Assembly (NCBI GenBank): GCA_002633005.1
Contig: NMRA01000014.1
Location: 255,132-292,886 of the forward strand
Reading direction: 5' to 3'
DNA from: Phoronis australis
Lineage: Eukaryota; Animalia; Phoronida
Length of the DNA: 37,755 bases
Position numbers and translations under genes: made by a program. The first letter of the stretch is position 1; each line of letters starts with the position of its first letter. The notes under the pieces were generated by a model that did no database searches, was not told where the DNA came from, and worked only from the letters and a program-made list of their open reading frames with translations. Shown here in pieces: positions 33,951 to 37,755 of the stretch.

Positions 33951-35389
33951 TCTCGAATTGGCCTATATAGGTCAGAACGCACTGGATAGTCAGCCAGTCA
34001 AAACTTTATAGGTTTGGAAAATAAACGTGATATATTAGCACAGACAGCAGTGTTTTCTTGACAAAATTGAAAATCCAGGACCTGCTATTGGAATATGAGT
34101 TCATTATGACATGGCCTTATCAGTAGATATTTTTCATACGCGCATACATGTATTGCCTAAAATATTGGGGTGCTCGAACAAAAACATGGGAATAACAAAC
34201 TGGATACCACGATCACAGCTATGAATTGTGCATTCGCGCCATTTTAGTGGAGTTTTGTCTCGTTTTCTCGGACTTTTTGTTCTTCTGTCCACTTCGCCAA
34301 TGGGGGGTTCCTTGGGTGCGCGCGTTTTTTGTTGCCCAAAACTGGCAAGCTCACAGTTTTTGAGTGAACTACATTTGACAGACATCAGCAGAACTTATGT
34401 TGAGCTTAAATATTCCACGAAATTACTGATTTTCAAAATAGTAGGACACGTGTAGTCTTTACCTGAAAATAAAATTATGTTTAAGGCAAGCTAATTGCTT
34501 AATCCCAAAATTAATGGAACATAGTAAAAGACTAAATATTAATTTTCTTAATTCCGCTTAATAAACAGTAGGTCACAAGATGGATTTCTCTAATTAAAGT
34601 AGGCAGATTCGATAGCACTGTTTATACTTTTCTATTCATCGAAATAAATATTTTGATTTAAAAAATCAGGTTCATAGATTAGCTACAAAGTGTTGTTGTC
34701 GGGTAAAATGGCGGCTTGGAAATTCGAACGAGGGTGTGTTAAGAATGCTGTGTTATGATTGGTCAGTGAAGCTGTCAGTCACAATCGTGACGATACCTCA
34801 ATTCCACCGAGGTTGCATTGACTATGAATATGCATATCCGCAGTCATGAGACTGAGACATCTTTTTATTGCATATTTAAAATCATGCTACTGATTCTAGT
34901 GCAAGAAGGCGGTGCGGATAACATAGTTACACTTGAGTCTCAGTGGTGGATCTACGTTTTCAGTAAGCGGGGGGTTAGCGCCCAGCAGGAGGAGGTCGGC
35001 AGGGGGTTTCCCCCTACCGTGTAAGACAATTTTTTTGTTTTCGTAGTAAAATAGTGCAATTTCCATGCAAGTTGAAACACCATCTAATATAGACTTTGAC
35101 GTTAAAATACATGCCAACAAGTTTGACCCCATGATTTAAATGTACACATGCACAAATTTTGGACAATTTAAAATGGATCTATTCTTACTAATTACTGAAT
35201 CAATATTTATTCTGTCGCCTAAATATCTTTAAAAAATACTAAAACCGTCACGAGACCAAAAAGTACTGACTGCTCAGTAGATAGCTTCACAAAGCACATT
35301 GTGGTAAAAAAATATTCGCAGAGAAAGTTAACAGCTTTACAAATAAACTGGCCTGGTTCGTCGCGAGACCTTGGCACTAAGCCCCTTAA

Positions 35390-37755
35390 AGGCCTATGGT
35401 TCGAGTTATAGAAGAAAAAACCTCTTAACGCCGTTTAAGCCGGTTCTTTGATGTGACATGGAGTTCAAAAAGTTATTAACTTTCAACTTGTGCAAAAAGT
35501 TTGAAAAAAATCGTTGTAAATACTACAAACGAATGAAATGTTTGCAAAGAATTTAGTATCCCGACCGCTAAATAGATTATAAACATTACAACAACGCATG
35601 CGCAACCACAGATCTAGAGGTCAACAGAATTTATACAAATGGCGGGGAGAGGATCTATGAAGTGTACGTCCGAAGGCGAAACGCAGTCGTCCTCTACGAG
35701 ATTCAGAAAAAGACGTGTTAGCCAGTACAAAAAGCGGCATTACCAACAAACCTTGTAGCTGTAATCGACTCGTTCGATAGGTGAGAAACAATGAGGACAA
35801 GACTGAATGTTCGAACACGTGAAGGTTTTACATTACAACAAATGAATAATACCAGGCTTTGGATGGACAAGTATAAGTCAGTAAGTGTGCTGTTTGTGAA
35901 ATGTTCAATGACTCGTATACACGTTTAGAGCATTCACTGATGGGTGACTGATCTCAGTCAGCATACATCGGACCCGAATCATTTTGAAGAGCCTCAATTC
36001 GACTAGCCTTGGTGCAAAGCTGTATAATATACAGTCATCATACAGCTAGCTGGCTGGCTACAATTCGATCAGCTGTTCAGTTTTTGTTCTAATACTACTA
36101 GTACTAGTAGTAGTACTGATTCAGGCTGACCCGGACTAGTTACACCATGTTAGTGTTTTAACATGTAGTTAAAACTGGTAAGGCCCTTTCATTCTAACGT
36201 CGACATGGCGATGTTTTGGGGAGTTGCAGTCAGTATGGATGGTTAACTACGGTCCTGAATCGAAGTTAACTGTGCCAGTTGACTTCACAGTAGACAAGCG
36301 GAGCGTCGATGCTGTGGTGTACGGTAGTATGAATGATTAACTTCGGTTACATCAAAGACGCTAACGGTCTCTGGTTACATCGAAGAAATTATTGTCAGGG
36401 GCCACTGCTATCATCGACAATTACAGGGTAATGTCGTCGCTAAAAGCTGCTCATATTTTGCTCGAGTAGTCACTAATCGAATTAGAAATAGGTTTTTGTG
36501 TCCATTAGCACATGTCAGTGTTCCCAAATTATCACATTAAAAAATCCTGGTGTACAAGTGATGCATCTGCACTAAGTCTTGGTCAAGATGGCTATACTTG
36601 AGAATGTCTTATTAGTTTTGCTTTATTTTTTTCCAGTTAGGAAAATACTGACCACCTACAGGGGCCCGTGTAACCGTAAGTTGAAAGAATAGGTGTGCTA
36701 AACTTCAGTTATTGATGGCCACTTTTCTCTGTATTTCCATCTTAGACTGTGCAGGTTAGGATAAAATGGTTAATTGCAATCTGCATGGTCCAGGTACATT
36801 ACTTGAACTCACAACCTCAAAAAATTAGCCAGTCAAATCACGTGATTGGAGTACAAATCTTATGTTTTCTCATGTCATCGAATTGCTAAATTTTCGAGTT
36901 GTGTATCGAATACAGAGATTAGGCTATGGGCTTTAACGTAAGCCGGAATTTTCATCAATTATAAGTCTCTTAAGTCACTGTCAGTTTAGAATAATGCTGT
37001 CTCAGCTATAAATTTTGCCTTCTGGTAATTAAATCAAAGTTGTTTTAAGCATGAAGGTGTGACAAATCTACTGAAGGTACATTCTTAAATCTTGTGATTG
37101 CTCCTGGTAAAGTGTGTCAAATTGTATTTAAACCCTCCTTCATCATCTGTACTTTCAGAATGAGTGGTTTAGACAACGCCCTCTACAAACTTCTTTGCAA
37201 GAGTCCCAGACTGGTCATCATCTGAAGAAACCTTGAGGTGTTGTTTCATTCATTTCCTTAATATCTCATGGAGTGACATTTCACATTTTATTCAACTCAC
37301 ACCTCACAATCCTAACCAAAGATTTCACTGTTTCGTTGACAGTATTTAAACATGCCTTGTTTAAAGCCTGTTCAATTTCTATTCAGTGATTCACCCAGGA
37401 TTTCGAAAATAGGGTGTCCAAAATGGGATTCCCAATATTTCGGAGTGTCCGTGATTCCGACAACCCATTACCCCTACCACCGTGCAGCGCACCAGCAACC
37501 CCCCACACTGATTTTTTTACAAAAATACATAGATCAAAGCGTTTACATCTGCATTTACAAACTAACCCCCTGTAGCGAGCTTGGACCTAGATTTTTACAC
37601 CTAAACTTATGAATACAGCCAAGCAGCTTACCAGACAAATATTAGAGATATTTTTTAAGGATGAGTGCACTTCGCACATGATGGCGTCACTGCTGTTCCA
37701 TATTAAAACATGGAAATGCACATTGAAATGCACGAAGCAGTGTTTCATTTGAGTT
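35390..37755 (+). mobile_element. Decayed TTAA-flanked DNA transposon (Kolobok-like), right copy of the inverted pair; runs off the window
   Basis: TTAA|AGGCCTATGGTTCGAG terminus, colinear with the reverse complement of the left copy. The final ttttgagtt matches the expected continuation after a ~95-bp insert. Confidence 0.55.

Noticed and set aside
1-37755. CRISPR array or prokaryotic operon/defence system
   Set aside because: No repeat-spacer structure; the DNA is intron-rich and eukaryotic, and most short ORFs in the track are chance or antisense frames.

Overview
Eukaryotic, AT-rich genomic DNA, probably from an invertebrate animal, with assembly gaps and single-n contig joins. The main content is the middle of a spliced + strand ion-channel gene. 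Thirteen phase-compatible exons (3802-25773) encode S2/S3-S4-S5-pore(GYGD)-S6-C-linker-CNBD, then a ~500-aa low-complexity linker, then S1-S4 of a second channel repeat in the same reading frame. This is the architecture of a multi-repeat cyclic-nucleotide-gated K+ channel (CNGK/tetraKCNG type). Both ends of the gene lie outside the window. Two introns need GC donors. The linker exon occurs twice, probably as uncollapsed haplotypes. Introns hold a 5'-truncated CR1-like LINE with a target-site duplication, a decayed RT fragment, a tRNA-derived SINE piece, TTAA-flanked Kolobok-type elements including a head-to-head inverted pair of >2 kb, and micro/minisatellites. All calls are by eye; no searches were run.
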